From Minutocellus sp. GHC0000111 (taxonomy: Eukaryota), in contig OZ361261.1 of assembly GCA_977018835.1 (NCBI GenBank), forward strand, positions 1,984,001-2,048,000: a stretch of 64,000 nucleotides of DNA, given 5' to 3'. Made by a program: the position numbers and the translations under genes. A model generated the notes under the pieces. The model did no database searches. It was not told the DNA's origin and saw nothing but the letters and a program-made list of their open reading frames with translations. Positions 1-10,701 of this stretch are shown in pieces; position 1 is the stretch's first letter; each line of letters opens with the position of its first letter.

Positions 1-188
1 GCCGCCGCCACGACCGCCGCGGTTTCCGCCGCCGAGGCCGCGTCGGCCACGACGCCACCAGCGGCAGCAGCCGCCTCCGGAGCAGCCGATGCCACGGCGG
101 TGCCCTCAATGAACTTCCGGCCAGAGTTGGCACGGAACCCACCGGCCTTGTGGACCGGACGGTTCCTGGAACCCCTGGGACGGCCCAT
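1..188 (-). CDS. 5' end of a gene running off the window; AT-hook-like N-terminus followed by an Ala-rich tract
   Basis: ATG at 188 (minus) reads MGRPRGSRNRPVHKAGGFRANSGRK then an Ala-rich stretch, open to position 1; GRP core of an AT-hook. Confidence 0.5.
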   Translation of the reverse strand, partial: MGRPRGSRNRPVHKAGGFRANSGRKFIEGTAVASAAPEAAAAAGGVVADAASAAETAAVVAA

Positions 189-703
189 TTTGATTTCTTT
201 CTCGTGTCTTGCAAGAAGTTACCGTTGAAATTCAAGGGACTCTTCGCCCCAAATCGGCACAAATGCGATGCAGATTGATGTGATAGATTGGGTTTGGTGG
301 TGCGGTGGAGGGATATCGATGGAATTTGGGACCGGAAGGCAACGTATCCCGGTCGTATCCTGGGGACGGCACAAGATGTGTTGGTGCGTTGGTTTTTGAC
401 TGTTTGTGTTTTGAGTGAGTTTGGAATTGAGGGGCAGGAGATCTCCCTGAATTTAAACCGAACAACAACCAGGAGTCAGTTGAGAGCGGCAACCACCGAA
501 CATCATGGAGAGATACTCCACAGCGCATCCATGAGGATATGCGGAATCGAACGATGAAGGCAGCACATCAGAATAGTCGGCTTTCTTGCCGCCCCGTATT
601 TCGCATTTGCACCTCAAATATCACCACCCTCTCGATCGATCTCTCAGTTTGTTCTTCTCACCACATCAAGCAATATTAGACTCTACTTAGATTTACTTTT
701 TAC

Positions 704-1522
704 TTAGACGATATAATACTTTGTCCCGTGGATGAGCGTGTGTGGTAGGCTCTCTTGTTTTGGAGGGGCTGCCACCTTGGACTTCTTTTTGGCGGGAGAA
801 TGAGATTCGCCAATGCTGCTGCTGCTGTCATTATTCTCGGCAGCACTTCTCTTCCCATTCGGCGATACAAGAGGAGACGTCTTTACCGCGGCACCATCCT
901 GTTGCGCATTCAGTGGATCAGTAGAAGTACCCGCTGATTCCTTTTGACTTGAAGCTGCGGTGGATTCTTCAGTACCGGTACCGACTGTCTTGCTACCTGC
1001 ATGCGCACTTGGATCAATCGTCGGATGAGATACCGGCGTCGGTGCATCGCCCACCCACTTTAGTTCGCCCTTGCCGGTCCAGTAGACCAGATCGAACCAC
1101 CTCACATCTCCATCATCAAAGGTCACCTGGTGCGTCGCTTTGAGCTTTATGGTGCCATTAGTACTGCTCTCGTCGGACTTGCTCTTGGCACCCCGCCTCC
1201 CTCCGCGCTTTCCACCGCCTCCAGCACCGGCGTTGGCTTTGGCATTGGCCGGCTCCAATTGCACAGCGGTTATGGTCCCCTCGTACCACTGATGGGCCAT
1301 CGGCTCGTCGTCCTTGCCAGTGTCAACATCAAACAAAACCTGAACGCGGCGGTTCAGCACCTCCTCTTTGAATATCAGGCCATTGGCACCGCTGGCATTC
1401 GTGGTGTTTTTGCCGTTGGTGGTGGCCGCTTGTTCGTCCTCCTCGGGATCGGCCTTGATGGCCGCGGCGCCACTGCTTGAGGAGCTCTCGCGACGCTTTC
1501 TCCCGGAGGGTGGTTTTGCCAT
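704..1522 (-). CDS. Hypothetical nuclear protein with a Tudor-like domain
   Basis: 272-aa ORF; RRVQVLF...WYEGTIT...HQVTFDDGD resembles a Tudor fold; basic NLS-like patches. Confidence 0.55.
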   Translation of the reverse strand: MAKPPSGRKRRESSSSSGAAAIKADPEEDEQAATTNGKNTTNASGANGLIFKEEVLNRRVQVLFDVDTGKDDEPMAHQWYEGTITAVQLEPANAKANAGAGGGGKRGGRRGAKSKSDESSTNGTIKLKATHQVTFDDGDVRWFDLVYWTGKGELKWVGDAPTPVSHPTIDPSAHAGSKTVGTGTEESTAASSQKESAGTSTDPLNAQQDGAAVKTSPLVSPNGKRSAAENNDSSSSIGESHSPAKKKSKVAAPPKQESLPHTLIHGTKYYIV

Positions 1523-1801
1523 CTTTGCTGGTGGGAATTCCTACTCTAGCCAACAATGCTGCTGCGAGAACAGATGAGCAAGTCAATACTAGCTAGTACC
1601 GCGAAAAAACGATGGCATCAGTGAATTCGCCAGCGGCCAGCGGCCAGCGCATTGCGTAGAGGGGCAGGGACTCTCCCTGGATTCAAACCATAGAACCGCG
1701 ATGATCTGCGATCTGACTTGTGAAACAGAACCCGAAGTTGCAAAGAAGCGACGGCGGTGAATCAGCCATAAATTCTAAGTAATACAATACAATTGACGAC
1801 C

Positions 1802-2911
1802 ATGACGACCCCAATGCTAGCGAAGAAGCTGTCCGAGTCGTTCATCACGACGAAGAGAGACCAGACGCTGCCCAGCCTGCAGCCCCTGCCGGCGTCGGAG
1901 AGCGCAGGATCCATCACAAGCGGTAGCGATGAAGATGATGCCGCCCCGTCTCCCTTCCCAAGCGGTTCGATTCCTCCTCCCGATGGATCACTCAATGATC
2001 TATCTGCCTTCGAGGCTGCCGCCGAAGACATTCGAACGGTGCTGTCAACCAAGGGCCAAATCTCGGCTGCCGGAATCTCCAATATCATCAACAGATCGAA
2101 CAATGTTGTCGCACTAACACGAAAGCACTTCCCCGCCGCCATGGGATCCAAAGAAGTACTTGCCAAGGTCAAGACAACACTTCGATCTTTTGGTGCCAAT
2201 CCCTCCAACATGCTGAGCACGTACTCCGTCTGTCCCGATGAGATTAATCATCGTGATGGTCATATCGTAGATCAATTTACAAAGGAGTTTGGCGGTGGAA
2301 AAGTGTTCGACCTTGGAGGATTGGCTGGTGTGCCGTTCACAGGCCAAACAGGTTGGTCCGCCTTCTCTCATCACATTCCTGATGGAGGCCACGCGTTCGT
2401 CTTCCACGCCTCGCATATTGGCATCAGCAACTCGCTGGTGCTGGGGGAGTACACTAGAGAAGGTCAAAAGAAGGATAACAGCGCCTGCGGTGCGGCCGTT
2501 GGTGCGCTCTGCCACTGTGTGGCTGACAAGCCCCTCCCAAACCTAGCCGATTCACCGTACGATTACCAGCAAAACTACCTCATCAATGAAGTACACAAAT
2601 GCATGGGAGCCATCGAAGACAGCTATGTCGCGAGTGGCGAGGATGGAAATGCCAAGCAGGCCGCTTTAGCGCGTCAGACGCATCGCATCGACAAGGACAT
2701 GCTGGACGAGATTGTAACGACGGACTTTGGTTGTGATAAGTCCATGCTGTTCGTCCTCTCTGGCATCCAGCTCAATATGCCTTTCGATTTCGAAGATTTT
2801 TTCGAGCCACTCATCTTTGAGGTGAGAAAGGCAGATGGGACGGTGATTGATCTGTATGAACAGACGTTTGGCTGTGCCAGAACGCTGAGAGAGCAGCACA
2901 GCATGGCTTGA
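1802..2911 (+). CDS. LCIB/LCIC-family (theta-class) carbonic anhydrase
   Basis: Motifs SVCPDEIN, LGGLAGVPFTGQTGWSAFSHHIP, SHIG, ACGA with the Cys/His/Cys metal ligands; no signal peptide. Confidence 0.9.
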   Translation: MTTPMLAKKLSESFITTKRDQTLPSLQPLPASESAGSITSGSDEDDAAPSPFPSGSIPPPDGSLNDLSAFEAAAEDIRTVLSTKGQISAAGISNIINRSNNVVALTRKHFPAAMGSKEVLAKVKTTLRSFGANPSNMLSTYSVCPDEINHRDGHIVDQFTKEFGGGKVFDLGGLAGVPFTGQTGWSAFSHHIPDGGHAFVFHASHIGISNSLVLGEYTREGQKKDNSACGAAVGALCHCVADKPLPNLADSPYDYQQNYLINEVHKCMGAIEDSYVASGEDGNAKQAALARQTHRIDKDMLDEIVTTDFGCDKSMLFVLSGIQLNMPFDFEDFFEPLIFEVRKADGTVIDLYEQTFGCARTLREQHSMA

Positions 2912-3155
2912 AATGCATACTACGGAGCTAGTGTATCCCACCTGACGACGAAGCATGCTATGTATGGTTTGTAAATGGAGGAAAGGAAAATATATACCTT
3001 TACCCTCCCATTGATCCTACTTCATACTAGCAACTTATATATAAATCTATGTGCATACATGTATGTACAAAGAAAGATCACGGTCTGGCACGTGGCATCC
3101 ACAATTAATTGGGTGAACTTCAAACGGTAGCAAGTCATTCTTCAAATGGCCCATG

Positions 3156-3689
3156 TCATTTTACTTGCGAGATGCCTCGATGGCATCCTTTGCAGCAATG
3201 TCGAGGGCATTGCGCGCAGATGTTACTGTAAATTTCGATGAAAGATGCGCGATATCTTTTGGAGAGGCCAGCGCTCTGTGCCTGAATGATGAGGGAAATG
3301 TGTCGCTTCATGTCGCTCTTGTGCTGGTCGAGGATGCGCTTGGTACGACAGTGTTCGATGCCTCGCATGGTTTGGCTCGTGGTGTCGACCTTCTTCTTGT
3401 GAATGTTGGTCTTGATGGTGGCAGTAACGTCGGCCATGATTTCTGCGTAGTCCTTCTCGGAATAGTAGGCGTTGTCGATTAGCTCGTCGGACATATCATC
3501 GAGATGCTGAATCTCGAGGAGCTTGACGGTCGGAGCAAATCGAACACGTCGAAATGATGGGGTCGATTTGGATCGATTTGCTCTTAGTTTGCTCCTGGTG
3601 TTGGCGGCGTTGGTGGTTGAAAGTAGCTCGCTTTCAAAGGCGGTGTTGATGGTGTTGGCGATGAGGGACGGCAAAGCTTGGGCGGGCAT
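3156..3689 (-). CDS. Diatom-type hypothetical protein (VRF...RGIEH family), frameshifted near 3255-3268
   Basis: RRVRFAPTVK..YYSEKDY..RGIEH; the shifted frame continues KDIAHLSSKF..ALDIAAKDAIEA, matching the paralog at 4573. Confidence 0.7.
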   Translation of the reverse strand: MPAQALPSLIANTINTAFESELLSTTNAANTRSKLRANRSKSTPSFRRVRFAPTVKLLEIQHLDDMSDELIDNAYYSEKDYAEIMADVTATIKTNIHKKKVDTTSQTMRGIEHCRTKRILDQHKSDMKRHISLIIQAQSAGLSKRYRASFIEIYSNICAQCPRHCCKGCHRGISQVK

Positions 3690-3972
3690 GATTAGTAGTA
3701 GTTTGGGAGATGTAGCGTTCGTCGACAGTGAGAGAGCAAATGGCAGTTGCTATTAAAAGTGATGTTGTTGCTGAATTGTGTTGGCGGTGATGAGATATTG
3801 TAGGATTATGCGGGTGTAAATAAGTTCGCGTTATGATGCCGGCAAGATTACTGCTTGGGGAAAGACAGTTAAAAAGGCCTCGACGCACAGTCATTTTCGA
3901 TGGCGGCATTCATCAACTGACTGATCATAGGTGACGGGCTGTAATTGAGCAACTTGCGACGGAAACAACGGG

Positions 3973-4049
3973 ATCTTGCAAGTGAAATTGTGACACGGAA
4001 AGAACGAGTTATCTTGCGAAGTGAAATTGTGACACGGAAAGAATGAGTT
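3973..4049. repeat. Tandem duplication, 2 x ~38 bp
   Basis: atcttgc(g)aagtgaaattgtgacacggaaagaa(c/t)gagtt at 3973 and 4011. Confidence 0.9.
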
Positions 4050-4143
4050 TATGCAGTCTTGGACTCTTGGAGCTCTTTTAGCCTGGTCCGGCTGTTCCGA
4101 TGACGTATTTGTGCTAAATTCGAAGGCTTCCCTTTTCCCTTTT

Positions 4144-4250
4144 TTGGAAAGCCGATCAAAGAACAGGACCGACCGTCGGATTGTTCGAAGATTGGAAAGC
4201 CGATCAAAGAACGGGACCGTCGGATTTTTTTATTGGAAAGCCGATAAAAC
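4144..4250. repeat. Three spaced copies of ttggaaagccgat(c)aaa
   Basis: Copies at 4144, 4192, 4233; the first two continue agaac..gaccgtcggatt. Confidence 0.85.
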
Positions 4251-4572
4251 AATGGGAACGCCCATTGCTTTCTCGTCCATTTCAAGATCAAAATTCCTAC
4301 TCAGAAACCATTGTTTACCTATTTTGAACTGGCAAACCCGTGTCGAGGATCCGATGTCCGCTGTAGGTCTACTGGGAAACCATGCAGCCATGCCGATTGC
4401 AACAAAGCACAGTTACTGTCCCCGCGCGCTCCCATACTAGTAGACAGTCCAGATGAGCGGAAAGCACGAGGAACAGTCATTCCACACAACACTGTCCCAC
4501 ACCTAAAATGCTGAGAGTAATGCGTACTTTTTCTACATAACTTTCATTCCATTGCTTGTTCCTTCCATAAAA

Positions 4573-5253
4573 ATGCCGCCCCAAGTCAACGATGCGTTAG
4601 AGATGGTCGCTTCATCATCCTTGTCACCATCGGCATCTTCGCTGTCACCGCCCTTCGGCTTCGGTGGACACGCCGATCCTGTCGACACCGTTACCGGAAA
4701 TTCACTGCAGCCACGTCGCCGTCGTTCGGCACCACCAAAGCAGACGGTCCGGTTCTTTCCCAAGGCCAAGGTCGTCGAGATTCGTCCCCTGTCCGAAATG
4801 ACCAAGGACGAGCTCAGCAACTCCTTCTATTCTGATGCGGACTACAATGCGAGTCACAGTGAGATTCGATCGACAACCTTGGCCATGCGCCGGGGCAAGT
4901 CCCTTGATCTGTCCTGCCAGACGGACAGAGGCATCGAGCACCTCCGAAGTGCCCAAAAGTTCCAATACTTTCAAGATGCCCAGGAGCGGCACATCGTCCA
5001 CGTCCTCCGCGCTCACAACAATGGCGCCACACCTCAAGACATTGCCAACCTCTCGTCGAAGCTATCTACAAATTCGTCCCGAGTGGCTCTCCGACGGGCC
5101 ATGAAAGACGTCGCCGAGGCGGCCGACATTCATGAGGAGGAATGCGTCGACTTCGACCTTATGTCTGCCCTGACTTCCAAGATGCAGCGACAGCTCTCTG
5201 TCGAGGACAGCGGAGCCACCAATGGTACCGATGATTTTCCCAAGAATTTGTAG
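4573..5253 (+). CDS. Diatom-type hypothetical protein (VRF...RGIEH family), paralog of 3156-3689
   Basis: TVRFFPKAKV..FYSDADY..RGIEH..DIANLSSKL..ALRRAMKDVAEA. Confidence 0.75.
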   Translation: MPPQVNDALEMVASSSLSPSASSLSPPFGFGGHADPVDTVTGNSLQPRRRRSAPPKQTVRFFPKAKVVEIRPLSEMTKDELSNSFYSDADYNASHSEIRSTTLAMRRGKSLDLSCQTDRGIEHLRSAQKFQYFQDAQERHIVHVLRAHNNGATPQDIANLSSKLSTNSSRVALRRAMKDVAEAADIHEEECVDFDLMSALTSKMQRQLSVEDSGATNGTDDFPKNL

Positions 5254-5609
5254 GGAAATTTTCATTCTTGATTATGTACATATTGAAGGACGTGCCAATG
5301 GCACAATTTTGTCACACGTACACCCATTGATTATTAATACACAATAACTTTAAGTAAAAAAGAAATCAAATTCATTCATTTATCAAATTTTTTCGATGCC
5401 AGTAGGATCGTACCCTCTTATACCAATGGTAGAAGATCTAACGTGCTGCTCCCCTCAAACATGCCCCAAAGCATCGAGTGAGCTAAATGTGCTGCCCATG
5501 ACATGCATTGTAATAATGTAGATACTACTAGCTAGTAAGTCTAACTCACATTAACTAAGATCTTGTTACCTACCAGCATTTCACTAACTGTTCGCAAAAG
5601 CAGTAAGTC

Positions 5610-7082
5610 TCACGTCGTCATGGTTCGATCTTTGCCTTGCGTTTCTCTCTGGACATTCCTGGCTTTCAATACCAGCCACTCAAAGGCGGACCTCACTCCC
5701 TCGCCCGTCCTTGCTGATCCAGCCGTCATTACAATCTTATCATCGCCTCCCATGACATTACCACCGCCCGACGATAAATCAAAGGCATTGGAAAGAACGT
5801 CCAAATCGACCCTGGAGGGAACGAATTTGTCGTCGTCAACACCATTGCCATCTCCATCGCCGTGATGCTTGCCGTGGTAATCTCCGTCGTCATCTTCTGG
5901 CACTAGACGTCCACCCTCCCCCCTATCGACCTTGTTCACGAATACCATTAGAGGTTTGCCATCCAACAGGGGCTGGCGTCTCACGGCATCGAACGATTCC
6001 ACCGTCTCCTGCAGCCTACTTAACCCACCCGACCCCCCGGCACCGCCCACCGTCCGGGAATCGACGACAAACACCACGGCATCGGCATCGGCGTAGTATC
6101 GATCCCACAATGGCCTCATCTTGGGCACACCGCCGAGGTCATATATGTTCAGCCGACAACCACATGCGTCGATCTTGGCCAGATTCTGCCCAATCGTCGG
6201 CCGTATGAGGTGCAGGGGCAGCATTCGTGCGGCTGGCTTGACATCGTGCTCGTGCTCGGGTTCATCATCATTGTCACGATATACATCATGTGCTGTGGAG
6301 TCAGTGGTTGGCGCGGCCGTCGCTGCTGCTGCTGCCGTGGCATTGACTCCGCTGGTGCCCTCCCCGTCATGCTGACTCTCCATCCCCAGCAGATCATCCA
6401 AATCGGCATCGGGATTATCCTCGCTTTCCTCTGGACCACTCTTGCCATCATGGTCAGTACCCGACAACTGCACCTCGTCGAATATCTCCTCTTCGTCATC
6501 ATCGCCATCTTCCATGGCCTCCCGAGAGTACATCCGGGGTGCTGGGCAGATGAGGAACCGTCTCCGAAAGCCACTTGATGTGGATGCTCCCGAGGCGTTG
6601 GAGTCCTGCCGCCGAGTGGACTTACTATCGGCAGCACCACCAGCCGACGACGGTGCCTTGGGAGGCATCTGGTTGGCGTTGCTGATAGTATCTCTGGTCT
6701 GTGGCTCCTTTGTTGGGGTTTGTGCAGCGGTCGATGGCGTTGCCGCTGCTGCTGCTGCCGCCGCCGCCGCATTGTCACCGCTGTCCGTCCCGTTCAGCAT
6801 TTCCGGCGCCGAGCTGTGCCTCTTGTGATGGTGCTGACCATTCTCGTTCCTGGACGCATCATCGCCACCATCCCGAATTTTTCCCGACGGAGTTCGCGGG
6901 AGCGGTACCGTCCCGCCGTTGCTCGCCGCCAGGTTGCGCAGCTGCCGGGCCGTGGAGAATTGCGTCACCTTGAGCCGTTCCAGGAGGGCCGTCTTGCCGG
7001 CGCAGTCCGGACCGATAATGAGGATGGACAGCGTGGCCGGGCTGAAGTACGTCTTGTACAGACCGGTGGCCAGACCGAACAT
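5610..7082 (-). CDS. ARF-related GTPase (ARFRP1/Arl3p-like) with a long low-complexity insert
   Basis: N-terminus MFGLATGLYK, G1 GPDCAGKT, PTIGQN, G3 DLGG, G4 NKVD, SARTGEGV. Confidence 0.85.
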   Translation of the reverse strand: MFGLATGLYKTYFSPATLSILIIGPDCAGKTALLERLKVTQFSTARQLRNLAASNGGTVPLPRTPSGKIRDGGDDASRNENGQHHHKRHSSAPEMLNGTDSGDNAAAAAAAAAATPSTAAQTPTKEPQTRDTISNANQMPPKAPSSAGGAADSKSTRRQDSNASGASTSSGFRRRFLICPAPRMYSREAMEDGDDDEEEIFDEVQLSGTDHDGKSGPEESEDNPDADLDDLLGMESQHDGEGTSGVNATAAAAATAAPTTDSTAHDVYRDNDDEPEHEHDVKPAARMLPLHLIRPTIGQNLAKIDACGCRLNIYDLGGVPKMRPLWDRYYADADAVVFVVDSRTVGGAGGSGGLSRLQETVESFDAVRRQPLLDGKPLMVFVNKVDRGEGGRLVPEDDDGDYHGKHHGDGDGNGVDDDKFVPSRVDLDVLSNAFDLSSGGGNVMGGDDKIVMTAGSARTGEGVRSAFEWLVLKARNVQRETQGKDRTMTT

Positions 7083-7847
7083 GGTTGTGCAGTGTTTGAT
7101 TTATCTGGTGTATAAGAGCAAGGGGTTGGCAGGGGCGGTTGCGGCTTGGCGAATGACGAAAGCAAATCTTCCAACGCAACACGTGCTGAAATTGCAATAC
7201 GTTTTGTGTTTGTTATGTGCTTGGTAGGAGGCTTTCAGTTTACTGCAATGGCTCGAGACAGGTGAGAGGTATACAGCTGGAGGGGTTCTTCAGACGAGGA
7301 ACGTTAGTATCCTGCTCCTGCTGCTCTTCTTCGAACGATGATGCCCATCCAGCAAGATGCTTGCTCTTCTCTCGGCCGCCCGGCGGCAATTGAATTGACT
7401 GAATCTCTAAATCGCCCCCTTTTCCCCCTTTTTATTTTGGACAACAAAAAGGGGCTCTCAAAAATTATGGTCCACTCGTGACTTTTTTTGGGGATCGATC
7501 GAAGATTTTGGTTGATAAAATTGATGTTCTCCTGGATATTGGAGCGGATCCTGCCCTGCCTTTACCTGGAGATGAGAATAAGTTTGGCATTGTGAATAGT
7601 GTTCTGCAACTCTCAGCGAAAGTGGTACGAGTTGCCGAGAGAAGGAGGGGTGATGATGGCGAGATGGGAGTGAATGTTATCAAGGTCGAGGATGAAGAAG
7701 AAAGGACAAATCTACGACAGGGGTGGGGTGCTGTTGTTGAAAAGCTAAAAGCTCAGGGTTGACCAAATTTTCTTAGAGGGACGTACCACAAATTTATCTG
7801 AAAAGTACGATCGTAATTTAAATCAGACACATATCTATCTATCAAGC

Positions 7848-10397
7848 TCAACCTGACAGTGCAAGCTTGGCTTTCATAATTTTCTTTGGTGTGCATTTCT
7901 TGCCCACAAATTCACACACAAATTGCCCACTGGTGCTCGAACTGATACCCGATAATTCGGCGTTATCGCCAACTTCGACTGCACCAGACTCTTTTGGTAC
8001 GGAATGCCAAGCCATGCAGCTTTCGCACTGCTTCCAAGCCGTTGCGCTGTCCTTGCAGCTCTCTCCCACCTCGCTGCAATAAAAGGGTAGTTCGTTGGCG
8101 GTATTACCCCCCGCTTGAAGTTGCTCAATTTTCGCCTGGCGGCTCTCTTCCACTTCTTTCGGCACCTCCCTCCATTCATCGCAACCATCACATTGAGCCC
8201 AGGCCACTTCTTCGTATTCCTTTTCTAAGTTCTTACGCCGTTCTTCTACCTTCGCTGCTTTCTTCATCTCCCGCTCCACACGCTTTCGTTCGGCTTCTTC
8301 TTTTCGGGCCTGAATTTGTTTCTGCCGTTCCATTTGCCGCTCCGCCTTCTTGGCCTCCGCCTCAGCCTTGGCGATCTGCCGTTCCGCCCTCTTTGCTTCC
8401 GCTTGGGCTTTTGCAAGGGCGCGCTCTTCCTTCTTCTTTTCTCTATCTTGCGAGTACCTCTCCTTTCTTAATTTTTCACTTGCCTTGTTATCAAGATAGG
8501 TAAGGCACTCGGCCATCATTTCACTGAGTTGATTCGCAATAACGACAACATCCATACCCGGAGGATATTGTTCGGCGTGCTGCTTGTTCTTTGATCCGGC
8601 CCAACGTTGAAGCTCCTTTCCAAGAGCACAGTATCCCCGTAGAATATGAAGTGGGTATTTGGTACAGAGTTTTTGAGTTCGGCGTTGAGTCATCTTGGCC
8701 TCTGCATCTAGCACTGGCGTGGAATCTTGCATTTGGTCCCCGCCATCGCTCTCGGTAGATGCCGGTGAAGTCGGCGAGACACTCTTGGTATGCTTGTCAC
8801 ATTCCTCTAGGAAGTCCCGACCAACGTACCACAAAAGACGCTGATAGTTGGGGAAACGATATTCTTTGCCAACCTTCATCTGCTTTTCCAAGCGATAGAT
8901 AGTTAGCTGCATCTCGAGGGAATGTTTGTGAATAAAGTTTCCGCCAAAAACAAGGCTATCGTGCGGAGTGTACACAGCGTGAATCCACCCGCTGGGAATC
9001 AAAAGCGTCTGTCCCTGCTGAATGACAACTTCATACACAGAGCCGCCGGCGGCATTAATGAGATCGGGTAGAAAAGCCGACTTTTTGGCTGCCTTGGTCT
9101 TGCCTCCTGCCTGCTTGCTACTTCCTCCACCAGAGGTACTGGTCGCCCATTCACTATATATCTTGAGGTTTTTCGTCGTTGGTTCGATAAAGTAAAAAAT
9201 CTTCGTTCCGCGGAAAAAATGGTACCAAACAGCCGTACCTCCAAAGTCGACGTGGAAGTCGCTCCAGGAACCAGCAGCCGTCATCAAACAATACTTGGAT
9301 ACCTTTGGCCTTGCATCCTCCAACTCTTCCAGTTGTTCCATAATATCAGCAGCTTGGGCGGCCGATGCCGGTGCATTCATACCCCGACCGACAGTCTCCT
9401 CGCCCGTAACAGCAGTCTTCTTAGCCACCTGTGCCAAGGTCTGAGGCCAATGAAGATGGACAAAGTCCACATCACGAGCAAACTGAGGCTCGGTGACCAG
9501 CTCGGTGAGCGGAGTCTGGCTGAACTCGAGTGTGATGACATTCAGCGTCCTGGTACGATCCTTTCGACGAGTTTCCAGATACTCCACATACTCCTGCAGC
9601 GTATACGTCGTGGTAAGCTGGGTAGCCGAATCAATAACCTGAATGGGCCGGTACGGTCCGACCAGCCTGGCCACATCGGCAAAGGTGAAGGGATCGCCGG
9701 TCTCGTCATTGGGCGGGGGGACCTTGAGACCGAGTTGTTCGGGTGACAGGTCGACGAATAGGACGGGACGGGTGAAGCCATGTCGATTGGCATAGTCGGT
9801 ATTGAACATAACTTTGCTTCCACTGTTGTCGCCTGCTGACGCGCTGCCACCACTACCACCGGCATTACTGCAAGTACCAATACCAGCAGACGTTATGGTC
9901 AAAAGACAACCGCCGATGCCCGATTGGAATATGCCTCTCTTCTGCCTCTGCCGGATCATGTTCTTGAAATCCACCTCCTGAACGTCTCCGGCCGCGACGC
10001 CAATGTGAGCCGAATTCTCATCTTCCAATACGCTGGCGGGATCGTTGAGCTTGACAAAGTCGATGCGACGGCGCTTGCGCAGTCCAGAGCGAGAGCGCTT
10101 GTGCTGCGACGGACCGTGGTACGGGACGCAGTCGTCGCAGTGCCAGCCTTCGTAGGAGGATGCCTCGGCCGGGGACATGCCGAGGTCGTAGGCATCGAAC
10201 CAGGTTTCGCACGCGTCGCAGGCGATGTGGAAGGCCTCGTGGGTGGGATTGTCCACGAGGACTTCGCCCTTTCCGAGGTCTTCCGTAGAGGTGGCGGCGT
10301 GTTCTTTGGCGGGGGCGGGACTTTCAGAAGCGGTTGCGTTGGGTTTCTGATCAGGGAGTACCGGCCCGCCGTCAGTTGGCACCGTCGTCTCCTCCAT
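7848..10397 (-). CDS. JmjC histone demethylase (KDM2/KDM7/Jhd1-like) with a degenerate PHD and two C-terminal CW-type zinc fingers
   Basis: LNVITLEFS, PKVSKYCLM, DFHVDFGGTAVWYH, IPSGWIHAVYTP..SLVFGGNF; WAQCDGCDEWR and WKQCESCMAWH. Confidence 0.9.
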   Translation of the reverse strand: MEETTVPTDGGPVLPDQKPNATASESPAPAKEHAATSTEDLGKGEVLVDNPTHEAFHIACDACETWFDAYDLGMSPAEASSYEGWHCDDCVPYHGPSQHKRSRSGLRKRRRIDFVKLNDPASVLEDENSAHIGVAAGDVQEVDFKNMIRQRQKRGIFQSGIGGCLLTITSAGIGTCSNAGGSGGSASAGDNSGSKVMFNTDYANRHGFTRPVLFVDLSPEQLGLKVPPPNDETGDPFTFADVARLVGPYRPIQVIDSATQLTTTYTLQEYVEYLETRRKDRTRTLNVITLEFSQTPLTELVTEPQFARDVDFVHLHWPQTLAQVAKKTAVTGEETVGRGMNAPASAAQAADIMEQLEELEDARPKVSKYCLMTAAGSWSDFHVDFGGTAVWYHFFRGTKIFYFIEPTTKNLKIYSEWATSTSGGGSSKQAGGKTKAAKKSAFLPDLINAAGGSVYEVVIQQGQTLLIPSGWIHAVYTPHDSLVFGGNFIHKHSLEMQLTIYRLEKQMKVGKEYRFPNYQRLLWYVGRDFLEECDKHTKSVSPTSPASTESDGGDQMQDSTPVLDAEAKMTQRRTQKLCTKYPLHILRGYCALGKELQRWAGSKNKQHAEQYPPGMDVVVIANQLSEMMAECLTYLDNKASEKLRKERYSQDREKKKEERALAKAQAEAKRAERQIAKAEAEAKKAERQMERQKQIQARKEEAERKRVEREMKKAAKVEERRKNLEKEYEEVAWAQCDGCDEWREVPKEVEESRQAKIEQLQAGGNTANELPFYCSEVGESCKDSATAWKQCESCMAWHSVPKESGAVEVGDNAELSGISSSTSGQFVCEFVGKKCTPKKIMKAKLALSG

Positions 10398-10701
10398 GGT
10401 TGACGCTCTCGTTGTGTTCTTTGTTCTTTTTGGGATCGAGGCGTGAGGCGTGAGGTTCACGTGCCTCCACGTGTAGGGATCCCTAATGCTCGAAATCGAA
10501 AATCGAAAGTCGCGTCGCGTCGGCCGAGCGAAGCAAAGTTCAAGAGTTCATGCCGACCGATCACAATGCTGCTCGTATGTGCCTGCTGTTCTTCTGAAGT
10601 TGGTAGCAAAATACGATGGCGACATTGACATCGGCATCCCCTGATGCGACGAATCTTCGCGGTGCCGCCGTTGGACCATTTCCAATTATGCAATCGATGG
10701 C

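Noticed and set aside
4144..4250. Spaced repeats resembling a mini-CRISPR
   Set aside because: Only three degenerate copies, the spacers are related to each other, the context is eukaryotic and there are no cas genes.
7478..7762. 94-aa ORF with ankyrin-like LLDIGADP
   Set aside because: No ATG start and only a single short motif; at most a gene fragment.
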